Part shown: piece after piece, positions 23,350 to 36,253 of the stretch
Layout of the letters: the number at the start of each line of letters is the position of its first letter
Position numbering within the stretch: position 1 is the first letter of the stretch
DNA from: Octopus sinensis
Lineage: Eukaryota
Direction of reading: 5' to 3'
NCBI RefSeq assembly: GCF_006345805.1
Contig: NC_043004.1
Span: 93,558,001-93,622,000, forward strand
DNA length: 64,000 bases
Program-made: the position numbers and the translations under genes
Notes under the pieces: model-generated
What the model saw: only the letters and a program-made list of their open reading frames with translations
Database searches by the model: none
Told to the model about the DNA's origin: nothing

Positions 23350-23436
23350 AACCTGATGAGCGACTATATTTATATGGAAGTGATTTCTCTACTACTATAA
23401 TCATTTCTTAAATATAGCAGCGAAACACGTGTCGTT
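23350..23436 (+). ncRNA. Type I hammerhead ribozyme motif of Penelope-like-element type, in an AT-rich putative pLTR remnant (~23020-23600)
   Basis: AAC-CTGATGA-GC..CTATATT...AATATAG..GC-GAAA-C-ACGT-GTC-GTT: intact core, palindromic stem III ACACGTGT, 3-bp stem I. Confidence 0.65.
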
Positions 23437-23948
23437 TTTCTACCTATTATATACATTTTTATTATTATTGTTGCAATTTACTTAATCTTCATTTTATTGT
23501 TATTTTAATTTTAACTTTTCTATTATATGTAATTTTCTAGATGGTGCAATTTAATTGTTCATTTTGAATTGATAAAAGGTGGTTTTTTCTCATATTTTAT
23601 AGACACACACTATTTTTGCTGTGAAATTAAGCCCACAATGACCTTTACACCCATTTGGGTTGAATATCAAAGTGAGGCATTTCATTGTTATTAAACATTT
23701 CATCACTCACCATTCCTTTCCAAACAGCAGCAGATGATAGCGGCCAAAGGTTATTTGTCAAAAGTGTACGCGAAAAATGTGAAGGACACAACTCACATAA
23801 TGATAAGAAGTTGATGGTCAAACAATAAAGATATGTTATCATAACAGGTCTGCTGGAAGAGGGCTAAACAACAACTCACAGCTATTGCACTTTTGATCGA
23901 AAGTGAGAAGACATAGAGTAATACAAGTAAAAATATGAGTGTACCTAC

Positions 23949-24125
23949 CTCACTGTGTTTGCATCCCATAGTTTGTAACCAGGTGAGCCGTAGGTCGGGC
24001 GATGTCTGATAGCCCTTTGCTATACGGTACATTAGATCTATTAACATTTCTGGGTCCTCATTGAATTCCTTCATTTTCACGGTGTCAGACAGGATCATGT
24101 GTAAATTGAATACCAAGTCACGTAC
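23949..24125 (-). CDS. DOCK7: DOCK7-like exon 7 ([59 protein letters not shown]), start of DHR-2
   Basis: Acceptor cttgtag|GTA, donor GAG|gtaggt, 177 nt. Confidence 0.97.
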
Positions 24126-24436
24126 CTACAAGATATTTCAGCAGCATCTATAGATATATATAATTATACACACATACGCATTTGGTAAGTACAGGCTATT
24201 AAAGTTAATGCAGTGTACCACAAATAATTTATATCCAAATGTAATTATAGCCAAAACCAAACCGTCCCAGCAAAAAAAAAAAACAGAAAAAAACTATTAG
24301 TGTTAAGGCACAATGCACATTACTTTTAAAAGGAGCAAAGGAGATTATCTTTAAAACATTTTGTGGATGTTTCCTTGGTTCTGCTGTTTTAATAAAGATG
24401 TATAATCTCATCATGCATAAGTTTGAAACTGTATAT

Positions 24437-24658
24437 CCATGTATGTGTGTGTGTGTTTGTGCCCCTAGCATTGCTTGACAACCGATGCTGGTGTGTTTAC
24501 GTCCCCGTCACTTAGCGGTTCGGCAAAAGAGACCGATAGAATAAGTACTGGGCTTACAAAGAATAAGTCCCGGGGGTTGATTTGCTCGACTAAAGGCGGT
24601 GCTTCAGCATGGCCGCAGTCAAATGACTGAAACAAGTAAAAGAGTAAAAAAAAGAGAG
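24437..24658 (+). mobile_element. SINE family A, 3' half
   Basis: CCCTAGCATTGCTTGACAACCGATGCTGG...GAAACAAGTAAAAGAG. Confidence 0.85.
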
Positions 24659-25039
24659 TACAAATAGGAAGGACACTGCTTCTAATGTAACAGTGTGTCC
24701 ACTTTATAAAATAATTAGTAGCTGCTAGTTCAGATAATGACAGACATAAAACTACTTTGAAGTCAGATATTTTATAGTAGTAGTATGAATCTCTGTGCTG
24801 CTGGTATCCATGCTTCATCTTGTCCTCTTGTTCACAGAAGCTGAATGATGACAAAGGTTGGAGAGAGTGTCACCATCTCGCCACCAATGCTGCTAGAAAC
24901 TGAATTTCTGTAGCTCTGGTATCTGTTGATGAACACACATAGAAAAGCCAGCCAAACTCTCAAACAGTGTAGCGAGAAATTCCTCACATATGCATTAACA
25001 CACTTAGAAAAGCAGAGTCAACTGGTGCTCTGGATGACA

Positions 25040-25215
25040 ATCTTGATGATGGTGATGAAACAGCAATGACACTGATGATGGTAATGAAAATTATGATGAT
25101 GATGATGATGAGGATAATGATGATGATGATAACAATGTCAACAATAATGACAATTACATAATGATGATGATTATGATGATAAGGAGGAGGTGGAGGACAA
25201 GGATTACAATGATGA
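25040..25215. repeat. (GAT)n/(AAT)n-rich low-complexity tract
   Basis: Read directly. Confidence 0.85.
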
Positions 25216-25347
25216 AATTTTTATCATCAAAATGCACAACTTGGTACATACTAACAACAACAACATGAAAAGGAACATCAGTTCTTGCCACCAGTTTACC
25301 AAACTGTGTAACATGAAATGAGATCAAATGAGAACAACAAAATATAC

Positions 25348-25506
25348 CTGTGCAGGAAATGTGGTGTTTACTAACTCAACATCAGCTTCTGCATATGTCA
25401 AAATTGTCTTTAGAGATTTTCGTAAATATTCTTCATTAAATTTTTGGTTTTGTCCAACTAACGAACTCAGCGACATTGTCACCTGCATTTTTACACGTGC
25501 GAAATT
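25348..25506 (-). CDS. DOCK7: DOCK7-like exon 6 ([53 protein letters not shown])
   Basis: Acceptor cttctag|AAT, donor CAG|gtatat, 159 nt. Confidence 0.96.
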
Positions 25507-25624
25507 CTAGAAGCAAAAACAGGATAAAGTATGAAAAAAATAATATGAAGAACACGTAAATGACATAAAATAAATATACATATAAATAAACTGGCATCAC
25601 CATTCATTCATTGCTTTATGCCAG

Positions 25625-26075
25625 TTTTACTGTGATTGGATGGGTTTCCATGGGTACAGCATCTCACCATTTGTTGCAGAAATTAACTCTCACAATTTCT
25701 TCCAAGTTGTTCCTCTTCTATACACCATACTGGCACAGTCTCCTCTCATGTGCATAACATCTAATTCTTTCTGTGCCCAGTTTTTCTTTCAGCTCATTTG
25801 CACTCTGTCATTACACATCCAGTGAGCATGCTTCTTTCATTTCTTTAACTAACTTTTCCCATCCTCAACATCCAATCACCATATTTCACTTCCCTGCAAC
25901 ATCTCACTACTTACAATCATCATACAATATGCTCTTCATTCAGAAATGAAATTCTTTCACTACCAGCAAAGGTAATAACTCCCTAAACTTTTCCCATCCT
26001 GTTCTTACTCTATCAACCATACTTTCAGAACAGCCACTCCAACAGCTAATTAGGTCACCTGGCTAATGCTATACC
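25625..26075 (-). mobile_element. Degraded RTE-clade ORF2 remnant
   Basis: Minus strand reads DLISCWSGCSESMVDRVRTGWEKFRELLPLL, followed by frameshifted RTE-like sequence. Confidence 0.65.
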
Positions 26076-26177
26076 ACCTGGGTAATATTATAATATAAAA
26101 CATTAAAAAAATAAAGGTGATTATAATAGTGTAGTGATGATATTGATTCATGTTAGTAATAACATGTATAATGTCTC

Positions 26178-26495
26178 AAGCATGGCTTAATGATTAGGAT
26201 ATTTGGCCCACAATTGTAAAATGGGAGTTCAATTCCTGATTGTGTGTTGTGTCCTTGAGCAAGACACTTTATTTCACGTTGCTCTAGTCCACTCAGCTGG
26301 CAAAAATGAGTAATAGCTGTATTTCAAAGCACCAGCCTTGTCACACTCTGTGTCATGCTGAATCTCCCTGAGAACTATATTAAGGGTGTGCATGTCTGTG
26401 GAGTGTTCAGCCACTTGCATGTTAATCTCATGAAGAGGCTGTTCTGCTGAATCAGATCAACTGAAACCCTCACTGTTGTAACCAATGGAGTGCCA
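26178..26495 (+). mobile_element. SINE family E copy (alternative tail)
   Basis: Same core; tail GATCAACTGAAACCCTC. Confidence 0.75.
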
Positions 26496-26809
26496 GTTCA
26501 ATGTCTTGAGGAGCATTAAACAGTGAGCTAAACATAATCATGCTATCAACTTGGTAAACTGCAACTCTGAAATTAGCTCAAGGGAGCAATAATCCTTAAT
26601 TAGTCTGTATATAATTCAGTAGTTTTATTATTCATGAAATATAGATTCCAAGCTGACCACTGAAAAGCTTAACAGAGGAAGGATGTTGACATGCCATATA
26701 TGTTTGAGAGAGGACTACAAAATATCCTTTAATTAGGATATGACAACTTAGTCTCTTTGAACAATAGAAAGACACACCCTGGTGAAGAGGATTGGCCTGC
26801 AAGAGTCCT

Positions 26810-27345
26810 GTACTGGTGCCACTTAAAAAGCACTTGTGCCAATGCTACATTAAAAGCACTCAGCAAACATTGTAAAGTGGTTGGCATTAGGAAGGGCATC
26901 TAGCCATAGAAACCAAGCCAAATCAGACTGGAACCTGGTGCAGCTCGCCCGATCACCAACTCTAGTCAAAACGTCCAACCCATGCCAGTGTGGAAAACTG
27001 ATGATGATGATGATGAGATGTAAAAAGCACCTTTTGAACATTAGGCTCCATGAGGCAATGATAAGTGATCGAGACCTTTGGCGATATGCCGTGCCTGAGA
27101 GGACCCATCAAGCCAAGTGAAATTGTAGTCATGGCTGATGCTGATGTCATGTAACTGGCACTCATGCTGGTAGCATGTAAAGAGCACCCATTACACTCTT
27201 AGAGTGGTTGGCATTAGGAAGGGCATCCAGCTACAGAAACCATGCCAAATATCAGATTGGAACCTGGTGTAGCCCTACAGCTTACCCGCTTCAGTCAAAC
27301 CAGCTAATCCATGCCAACATGGAAAACAAACACTAAATGATGACG
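26810..27345 (+). mobile_element. Two tandem family B copies; the second retains the ORF2 end (EAMISDRDLWRYAV)
   Basis: Two cores and two (GAT)n tails. Confidence 0.75.
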
Positions 27346-27352
27346 ATATATA

Positions 27353-27392
<40 letters not shown>

Positions 27393-27527
27393 TATATATA
27401 TATATGTATGTGTATATATATATATAGTTAATCCAAACATGAAAACACAAAGAGAAAACACAACAATGCGAGGACGTGGAACAAATATAGTATTATTGGA
27501 TGTTCAGGAAGGAAGGGAAGAAGGAGG

Positions 27528-27562
27528 GTTTAACGTTTCGAGCGGAGCTTTTCGTCGGAAAC
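27528..27562 (-). ncRNA. Minimal hammerhead motif (Penelope type), probably inactivated, in a ~220 bp element (27427-27646) embedded in (TA)n
   Basis: GTTT-CCGACGA-A-AAGC-TCC-GCTC-GAAACGTT-AAAC: 4-bp stem I, but U4 changed to C and an A-C mismatch closing stem II. Confidence 0.55.
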
Positions 27563-28148
27563 ATAGGAGAAGGAAAGATCCAGAGAAGGGAAGACAGAGG
27601 AAAAAAAATCGCAACAGTACACACGCAGTCACATTTTGAATGCACGTATATATATATATATATATATGGAAACAGTATTGTATCAAGTCTCTAGCCTTGA
27701 ACAATACATATGTAAAAGTCATAGGGCTCACAATTATAGATGGTGTCTCATTGCAACTCACATGTATAACATTTGCAAATGTGCATTACAAAAGTTAACC
27801 TGCCTTGCTAGAGCCACAAAATACAGATGAGTTGCTGACTATCTACAAAGATCAAATAAGACTCACACTAATGTACTGCTCTTACACCTGGGAAGTGCTG
27901 CAGTTACAAATGCACACACACACACATAACACATATTTTTCTATACACTCTACTCAATAATACCTCTTCAGAAGTGCAGACCACTGGAAGTTCCATTTCA
28001 CCTATATTTCCTCACAGGTACCAACATATAGAAGTTGAAACTGAACATCAAATTACATTTATCTCTCCTTCTTCATTAGAATAAATAATACAAAATATTT
28101 CTACAAAAACACACATGCACACAAATACAAATACAGAAATATATATTG

Positions 28149-28659
28149 TAACCTCCTTCGGTCATGAGTCACCATGGATTTGCACCTAGAAAGCTACGCT
28201 CCGAGGTACAAATCTGGGCAAGGTTGTTTATGGAAGACCAGCAGTCGCCCACGCATACCAGCCCCCCCCCTCCCCATGCCACTGATGTTATCCAAGGGAA
28301 AGGCAAAGGGTGATACAGCTTGGCACCATTGACATCGCAGCTCATTTATTAACATGCAAGTGGCTGAGCACTCCACAGACACGTGTACCCTTAACATAGT
28401 TCTCGAGGAGATTCAGCATGACACAGAGTGTGACAAGGCTGGCCCTTTCAAATACAGGTACAACAGAAACAGGAAGAAAGAGTGAGAGAAAGTTGTGGTG
28501 AAAGAGTACAGCAGGGTTCACCACCACGACCCTGCCAGAGCCTCGTGGAGCTTTAGGTGTTTTCGCTCAATAAACACTCACAATGCCCGGTCTGGGAATC
28601 GAAACCGCGATCCTACGACCGCGAGTCCGCTGCCCTAACCACTGTGCCATTGCGCTCCA
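28149..28659 (-). mobile_element. tRNA-Arg(TCG)-like-headed SINE family E with tail module F
   Basis: Head GGAGCGCAATGGCACAGTGGTTAGGGCAGCGGACTCGCGGTCGTAGGATCGCGGTTTCGATTCCC has A and B boxes and TCG in the anticodon-like loop. Confidence 0.8.
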
Positions 28660-28756
28660 CAGAAATATATATATGTATAGATACAAATACTCATAGATAT
28701 TTTAACAAGCAGAAAAACACACACAAATGACTGTTAAGTCACGATGTCTCACTTAC

Positions 28757-28909
28757 ATTGCCCATCTCAAAGTTCTGTTTCATAAGTAGATAGAGGGATG
28801 CTGCCGCATGTGACCGTGTGTTGCTAATACAGGAACTACAATGACGTAGTAGACGTAGGCAGAGATCGGCACATTGTTCTGTTTCTTCTTGGAACAGAAG
28901 TTCAGGGAA
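28757..28909 (-). CDS. DOCK7: DOCK7-like exon 5 ([51 protein letters not shown])
   Basis: Acceptor ttttacag|TTC, donor AAT|gtaagt, 153 nt; DOCK-C-specific segment. Confidence 0.96.
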
Positions 28910-29244
28910 CTGTAAAACAACAACAGGGTGATAGGGGTCAGTTTCGGAGAGATGGTATAAAGCCAATCGCACATCAACATATTTAAAACATTAAGTAATA
29001 AAAAGCACATCTGGTACATTTTACTTATTTTACAAGTTTCAGTCACTGAACTATGGCCATACTGGGGTGCCACTTTTAGGGACTATAGTGGACCCCTGGC
29101 CCAGTACCTTGCCTGGTACTTATCTTATAAATCTCAGAAGTAGGAAAGGAAACCAATATGTGGTTCTCATCATCATCATCATCATCATCATCAGCGTGGA
29201 AAACGGACGTTAAACGATGATGATGATGATGATGATGATGAGAA

Positions 29245-29472
29245 CCACATATTGGTTTCAAATTTTGGCACAAGGCCAGTATTTCTGGGAAGGGGTAAGT
29301 CAATTACACTGACCTCAGTCATCAACTGGTACTTATTTTATTGCCCCTTGAAAGGACAAAAGGCAAAGTCAACCTTGGCGGAATTTGAACATTTGAACGT
29401 AAAGACGAATAAAATGCCACTAGGTATTTTCCCCCTGGCGTGCTAATGGTTCTGTCAGCTTGCTGCCCTCGG
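29245..29472 (-). mobile_element. SINE family C copy
   Basis: Family match. Confidence 0.8.
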
Positions 29473-30034
29473 CAGAACCAAATATTACAAAGTATTTTTT
29501 TTTTTGTCTGATATGCTATCAATTTTACTGAAGAGGCAATCTCACAGATGGTCAGACAATTAAATCAATCTATTACTGGTACTGAACACTAGGTCTTTGG
29601 ATTTACTTTTGTAATGTCTGTTCATTGATACGAGTACACAAGTATTCCTTAAATCTTTTAAGCTCATGGTTAGTAAGAGATATTTTTGCAATTTCTATGG
29701 ATATATACATATGTTTGTTTAAATGTTCGAGCGTGATCGTTACCTGCGTCACCTTATTGGCACACATACACATACACACAGATATACAGATGAATGTGTA
29801 TTCATACCCATACTTGTGCCAGCATAAACCATTGTCAAACTGAAAGCACTTTGGGAAGAAAATCATAATGATTAACAGAATGAATAACTAACTCAAACAT
29901 ATACTGAAATAATACAATTGACTAAAAGTCTTGAACGCAGTGCCATGGCATGGCTGCAGTCGAATGATTGATACCAGAAGAAGAATTAAAGAATAAGGAA
30001 AATGTGGAAAATATGGAAAATATGTAAAACTAAC

Positions 30035-30166
30035 CTTGCTGACTAGTGATCTCTGTGTTGCTAACATGTGTTGCAATACCGCAGTGCTTTGATTTAAGCC
30101 AAGACTGTGTAACAAAACCCGCAACGCGTAACCCAGGGTAGGCATCTCCATTGATGACTGTGCAAT
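30035..30166 (-). CDS. DOCK7: DOCK7-like exon 4 (IAQSSMEMPTLGYALRVLLHSLGLNQSTAVLQHMLATQRSLVSK)
   Basis: Acceptor ttaccag|ATT, donor AAG|gttagt, 132 nt, phase 0-0. Confidence 0.93.
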
Positions 30167-30212
30167 CTGGTAATGTAAATATATAAAACAAGAGCTCACA
30201 TATACATATGTG

Positions 30213-30281
<69 letters not shown>

Positions 30282-30399
30282 GAAAAACAATAAAGAAACT
30301 GTTAAGTGTAATATATGTATGAAAATAGAAAATATTTAATTATATATTCTGCATTAAATGAAGAAATGATGACTAGTGAAAATTGTGTTAAAAATAAAC

Positions 30400-30590
30400 A
30401 ACAACAACCGTTTCTACAATAGGCACAAAGTCTGAAATTTGGGGGAAGGGGGCCAGTTGATTACATCAATCCCAGTGTTTCATTGGTACTTAATTTATTG
30501 ACCCCCAAAAGGATGAAAGGCAAAGTCAACCTCAGCGGAATTTGAACTCGGAACATAGCAGCAGGTGAAATACAGCTAAGCATTTTGCCA
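30400..30590 (-). mobile_element. SINE family C copy
   Basis: Family match. Confidence 0.8.
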
Positions 30591-31806
30591 CCTACTACTA
30601 CTATTGCTGCTGCTACTGCTACTACTACTACTAATAATAATAACAATAATAATAATGATAATAATTATAATGATGATGATAATAATGATAAGTTTTAAGC
30701 TTATAAGCATTCACTGAGTATTGACTAAGGAAACTAGTTTAATATTGGGGCATATAAGCCTACAATGGAAAAAGTGAGTATTAGTATGTGTGAGAATTGA
30801 ATCCACACCTCTTATATTTGCAGTAAGTGTGCTAACCGATTACACCAACCTATCCCCTGACTATTTCCCATGTGATATACACATATATAAGTGCAATATG
30901 TAGTAAGGAATGAGTTTGACAACTCAGAACATATACTGGTCTTAAAAGACTTCCTCAGCACTATCTGTTACTCATCAGAAAAACATAGCTCAACACAAAA
31001 CTACCAGGCCTTAACATGAAATTAGAGTGTACAACTTTTGTTTTACTAAGGTGGTTTAAATTATCCAAAACATATCTGGAGATGTCATCATAACTGCCGA
31101 AAGTTCTACTCATTTTCCACTGCATATCTTCATTTAATTTTTAATAAATCAAAGTTTTAGTCTCTTACTAACTTATGACCTTAACTTATGACCAAGTTCT
31201 AGTCCAACTGACAGGTTGTAAGTCGATCTGGTCATTATGTTGGATTTATATTTTCAACATGATTTTCATTTGAATGCAACTGATGCTTGAAAGTGACTGA
31301 GTAAGAGACAGTGGCAGACAGTGGATGCCTGGGTCTGAGAGAGGCTTATGTTGCCAGATGCTGCCATAGTTATCAGATACAGCTGCCTAACATCTGAAAA
31401 TTGATTTTTTATTTACTAATTTTTTCATTTCCTTATTTTTTGTGGTTGCAGACGGTTGAGTGTCACATAGGTCGTAAGTCAAAAAGAAGGGGTGTATATG
31501 TATATACATAGATATACACACACACACAAAATGTTTTTGAATAGGTCCAACGCCAATATTATATAGCAGGCTAAATAACTGACTATGACTACTTCAGTCT
31601 CTCACTAGTTTAAAAAGGTCCTGGTATTTAAACGTTTCTTACAAATAGAAAAAAAGAAATGAAGTTAACTCGACTTCAACTAGGAACTGAAACTGTGATT
31701 ATAGACTTGGATCACAGAGAACTTATCTCTTGCTCCAAGGTACTTCATACTGTACATTACACATCATGTATGAGGAACACACACAGGGATGGCCAAAAAC
31801 AAAATT

Positions 31807-32121
31807 TGGCACGTAAAAAGCACCATCCGACCGTGGCCGTTGCCAGCGCCGCCTGGCCCCCGTGCCGGTGGATTGTAAAAACCACCATCCGACCGTGGCC
31901 GTTTGCCAGCCCTGTCTGGCACCTGTGCTGGTGGCACGTAAAAAGCACCCACTACACTCACGGAGTGGTTGGCGTTAGGAAGGGCATCAAGCCGTAGAAA
32001 CATTGCCAGATCAGACTGGGCCTGGTGCAGCCTTCTGGCTTCCCAGACCCCAGTTGAACCGTCCAACCCATGCTAGCATGGAAAGCGGACGCTAAATGAT
32101 GATGATGATGATGATGATGAT
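31807..32121 (+). mobile_element. Family B RTE 3' UTR copy, ending ~30 bp from the exon 3 donor
   Basis: Shared core and tail. Confidence 0.85.
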
Positions 32122-32153
32122 AATAGACAAGAACTTAGAAAAAGGTAACAAAC

Positions 32154-32256
32154 CTGTACGATGAGTTCCAAAGTATCAAGCGCTACCATGCTGACTTCTG
32201 AAGCAAGGTTGCCTTCTACATGGGCATCGACTTCCACATCACGGCTGAACTTTTGA
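32154..32256 (-). CDS. DOCK7: DOCK7-like exon 3 (QKFSRDVEVDAHVEGNLASEVSMVALDTLELIVQ)
   Basis: Acceptor ctaaccag|T, donor CAG|gtttgt, 103 nt, phase 2 to 0. Confidence 0.92.
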
Positions 32257-32472
32257 CTGGTTAGAGAGATGAAATGGAAGAAAAAGAGATGAAATGTTTA
32301 ATAATGATGAACATCACTTAAGAGCAACATCATGTTTCATAATGTTATACAACAAAAATATTAATCAGCTGTTTCCTCCTTTCTTAAAGACAATCAGTAT
32401 TGTCTGAAAGCCTTTTATTTTGGTTTTCAAAGTGAATATGGGTGGAATGGATGTACCTGCTCTGAAGAAAAA

Positions 32473-32870
32473 TGGTACAGGTATAGCAATGTGGTTGAGA
32501 AGCTTGCTTTGCAACAGTGTGGTTTTAAGTTCTGTCCATTGTGCAGTACCATCTACTGCACCCCTAGTCTGATCAATTCCTTGTGAGCAAAATTGGTAGA
32601 CAGAAACTGTGTGGAAGCCTGTCGTATATATATGTATGTGTGTGTGTGTGCGTGCTTGTATGTGTGTTTTTGTGATTGCGTTTGTCCCCCACCCTACTAC
32701 CTGGCAACTGGTGTTGGTTTGTTTATGTCCTGACAACTTAGCAGTTCAGCAAAAGAAATCAATACATTTCAGACTTAAGAAAATAAGTACTGAGGTTGAT
32801 TTGTTCGACTAAACCCTTCATGTCTGTGCTCCAGCAAAGACAAAATCCAATGACTGAAATAAGCAAAAGA
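32473..32870 (+). mobile_element. Old diverged SINE family A copy
   Basis: Colinear but heavily mutated. Confidence 0.65.
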
Positions 32871-33500
32871 AACAGATAATAACAGCTGGAGTTCAAGTCT
32901 CACTAGGATTAACATTAACTTTCAATTAACCCATACAAGACTTATCATGCTAGTTGTGAATCATTTGGAAAGAGTTACAGAGCAGTACAACTAATGAACT
33001 AAATCACAACTGGTTGTGAATCAGTTAAAAAAAACAATCAAGTCACATGGGAAGAATAAAAACAAAAATTCAAGCCTGGTAGGATTTGAACTTAAAATGT
33101 AAAATGACACAGGTTAATATCACAAGGTATTGATTTTATGGCTCTACTAGAAGAGGTGGACCTGAACTTGTACAGCAAACTAATGAAACACATTAAATAT
33201 AGAGTGTTTCCATTCATTACATTAGTGATAAATATCTAGTTATAATATACCCATGTACAAGAGTGCGGACAAGGCTGTGGAGTGACAAGTACCTTGGTCA
33301 CAAACACATAGCTGTACTGCTAACAGGATGAGAACTGTCAACTTTTCAATTCAAAACTCCGACACTGAAAATGTTTGAATTGTTTTGTTGTCAGGTAAAC
33401 AAGTAACTGCAATAAAACTAATTGATTGAGTTTGCAATCACGCATAAAGTCATGTGTGGTTTTAGGGGACAAAAATATACAGACAAATCAGAAATAAATA

Positions 33501-33887
33501 TTACTCTTTTACTCGTTTCAGTCATTTGACTGCAGCCATGCTGGAGCACCACCTTTAGTTGAGCAAATCGACCCCGGGACTTATTCTTTGTAAGCCCAGT
33601 ACTTATTCTATCGGTCTCTTTTGCCGAACCGCTAAGTGACGGGGACGTAAACACACCAGCATCGGTTGTCAAGCAATGCTAGGGGGACAAACACAGACAC
33701 ACAAACATACATATACATATATACGATGGGCTTCTTTCAGTTTCCGTCTACCAAATCCACTCACAAGGCTTTGGTCGGCCCGAGGCTATAGTAGAAGACA
33801 CTTGCCCAAAGTGCCACGCAGTGGGACTGAACCCGGAACCATGTGGTTGGTAAGCAAGCTACTTACCACACAGCCACTCCTGTGCCT
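33501..33887 (-). mobile_element. SINE family A copy
   Basis: Full-length match to the family. Confidence 0.87.
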
Positions 33888-34044
33888 ATTTATTAATGAT
33901 TTTTGTTGTAATCTAAAAAAAATTATTTAAATTCAAAACGATTATTATTATTATCCTTCTTATAATAACAATTTTCTGTATGTATGTACTTATGTCATGA
34001 CATTATGGCTCAACAACATTTTACGTATACACGACAAACATAGT

Positions 34045-34468
34045 CAGGGCTCGATTAAGACCCATCGAGGCCCTAAGCACTTAAAAGATTTTGGTTCCCC
34101 CATAAAAGATTATGTAATTCAAAATATAAACAATAACAAGCCATAAAATAAATTTTCATTTTTCAAAACGAAACAAAACAGTAAGAGGGAAAATTATGTT
34201 TATTTTTGTATAACTATAATTTATTTATATTTGAAAAGTTTCCTCCTCTATTTTTGAATTGCAAAGTCTTTGATCAGATCCTCAAAATTAATCTTAGGTA
34301 ACACATCTGCATCTATACTTAGTAGATAAACACATCTTGAATATTATTTTAGCAAGTTTAAAGTGATTTCTTTTGTGTTGTAAACTATTTACCATTTCTG
34401 TGGTGCCCTCTCCTTCCTTTGATGTCCTAAGCACGTGCTTATTTTGCTTAATGGTTAACCCAGCACTG
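34045..34468. mobile_element. Possible hAT-like MITE
   Basis: Imperfect TIR CAGGGCTCGATTAA / TTAACCCAGCACTG; no TSD match. Confidence 0.4.
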
Positions 34469-34755
34469 GAAAACAATTATTGCTTGGCACACCAAGTATA
34501 AATCATCAGTACAGATAAAACGTTGTGTATAACCATCTTTTGGTCAGTCATTTGTGTAAATGTTAAACAACAAAATTTCATAAAAATGTTATTATGTCTT
34601 AAATCAACATTTCTGATTGTTATGAAATATTGAGTAACCTACATTAGTTTCACATTCAATGTTTTGAAGAGAAGCCAGTGGCATGAAATATAAAAAAATA
34701 ACAAAACCCTACAAAACATAATATGGTTTAGATTTCACCGGGATGCAGTACATAC

Positions 34756-34852
34756 CTTTCATAGTGCTCATGGGGCTGTTTCCATTGGAATTGGTCCTTC
34801 CGCCAGCGAAGACGACTTCCTTCCGAAGCCCCTGGTGGAGGTGTACGGTCAC
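34756..34852 (-). CDS. DOCK7: DOCK7-like exon 2 (DRTPPPGASEGSRLRWRKDQFQWKQPHEHYE)
   Basis: Acceptor tttctcag|GT, donor AAG|gtatgt, 97 nt, phase 1 to 2; LRWRKD..W motif. Confidence 0.88.
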
Positions 34853-35999
34853 CTGAGAAACAATTTTGAACAGGTAAGTTATAGATAAACTCAAATGCTC
34901 ATCGCAGGAGAGAATTAACTATTCAATAAACCCTTAACAACCATCTACAGCAGAATATCACCAACCCTTAAGAGTGTCACACCATTATCAACAATATTTT
35001 TTCCTATGACGACGTTACCATATGTTTACATGAAGGAGTCTGTACAGAGCTGTTTCACTCACAGGAAATAACAACCAAATCTTCCTCAAATGACACCCTG
35101 CCATCTAAAAACAGTAAGGGATTATATAATTCTAGATACTATGTCTGAAAACAAAAGGATGAGAGTATCACTGCTTGAGTGCCTTTGACCAAAATTCTGT
35201 TGGATCATGGTTGACTCAGCGTTAAACAATAATACAAACAAATAACTTTTAGAAGTTTAATTCATTCCTTCACTAGCTCCATCACCATCTTTCTATACAG
35301 CTCATTTCCATCATTTCATTGATGAAGCTTTTTAGAGTTATCTTTTTAAGACACTGTGTAACAGATTCATTAAGATCAGAGTGTTCATTTTGATTTTTGC
35401 AAAACTAAGTTGGCGGGGAACAGATAATCTAGTTTATGATATTCTTTCTTTTCCAAAAGACACTTGGTCTTTATTCTCTAGGTAAGCAAATAGAGACTAT
35501 CCAAACATCTATATAACTCCTTCTGTAAATCTCCTTCCATAAACTTCCTATCACACAAATTCTGGAACAGTATACTCCACAGAAAAATAAAACATGATGG
35601 CCTAAGGATATTCACTTTGCTATCATTCAGTACAAGGAGAAGGATGATGCCCTGAACTCTTACAAGGCTGGTGAAGATTGCTGTGATTGTTGTTCAACCT
35701 GAAGGTATACAAATTGATGTTTGTAGGGTGAACATGATAGGTATGGGGTGGGGAGGGAGAGAGAGAGAGAGAGAGAAAGACAAAGAGAGGAAATTCCAAT
35801 CTAATACAAATTTGTGACTACTCATAAGTCTGTACTCCGATATACATTATCTTCTCAATTGTTTTACTTTACAGCAAAAATTAAACCAGACTTTTGAGGG
35901 TTCAGTGTGTTGATCATAACAGAAAATATAGGGCCAGAATACATCCGGCTTATTTTTCAGAGAATTGGTTAGTACCCAAACTAGAGCAGCTGTTCCTTC

Positions 36000-36253
36000 T
36001 GTGCCGATGGCACGTAAAAAGCACCATCCGACCGTGGCCGTTCGCCAGCCTCGTCTGGCTCCTGTGTTGGTGGCACGTAAAAAGCACCCACTACACTCAC
36101 GGAGTGGTTGGCGTTAGAAAGGGCATCCAACCGTAGAAACATTGCCAGATCAGACTGGGCCTGGTGCAGCCTTCTGGCCTCCCAGACCCCAGTTGAACCG
36201 TCCAACCCATGCTAGCATGGAAAGCGGATGCTAAATGATGATGATGATGATGA
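36000..36253 (+). mobile_element. Family B RTE 3' UTR copy
   Basis: Shared core and tail. Confidence 0.85.

Noticed and set aside
28590-28659. tRNA-Arg-like sequence
   Set aside because: It is a SINE head: it continues directly into a SINE body and no acceptor-stem 3' strand is apparent.
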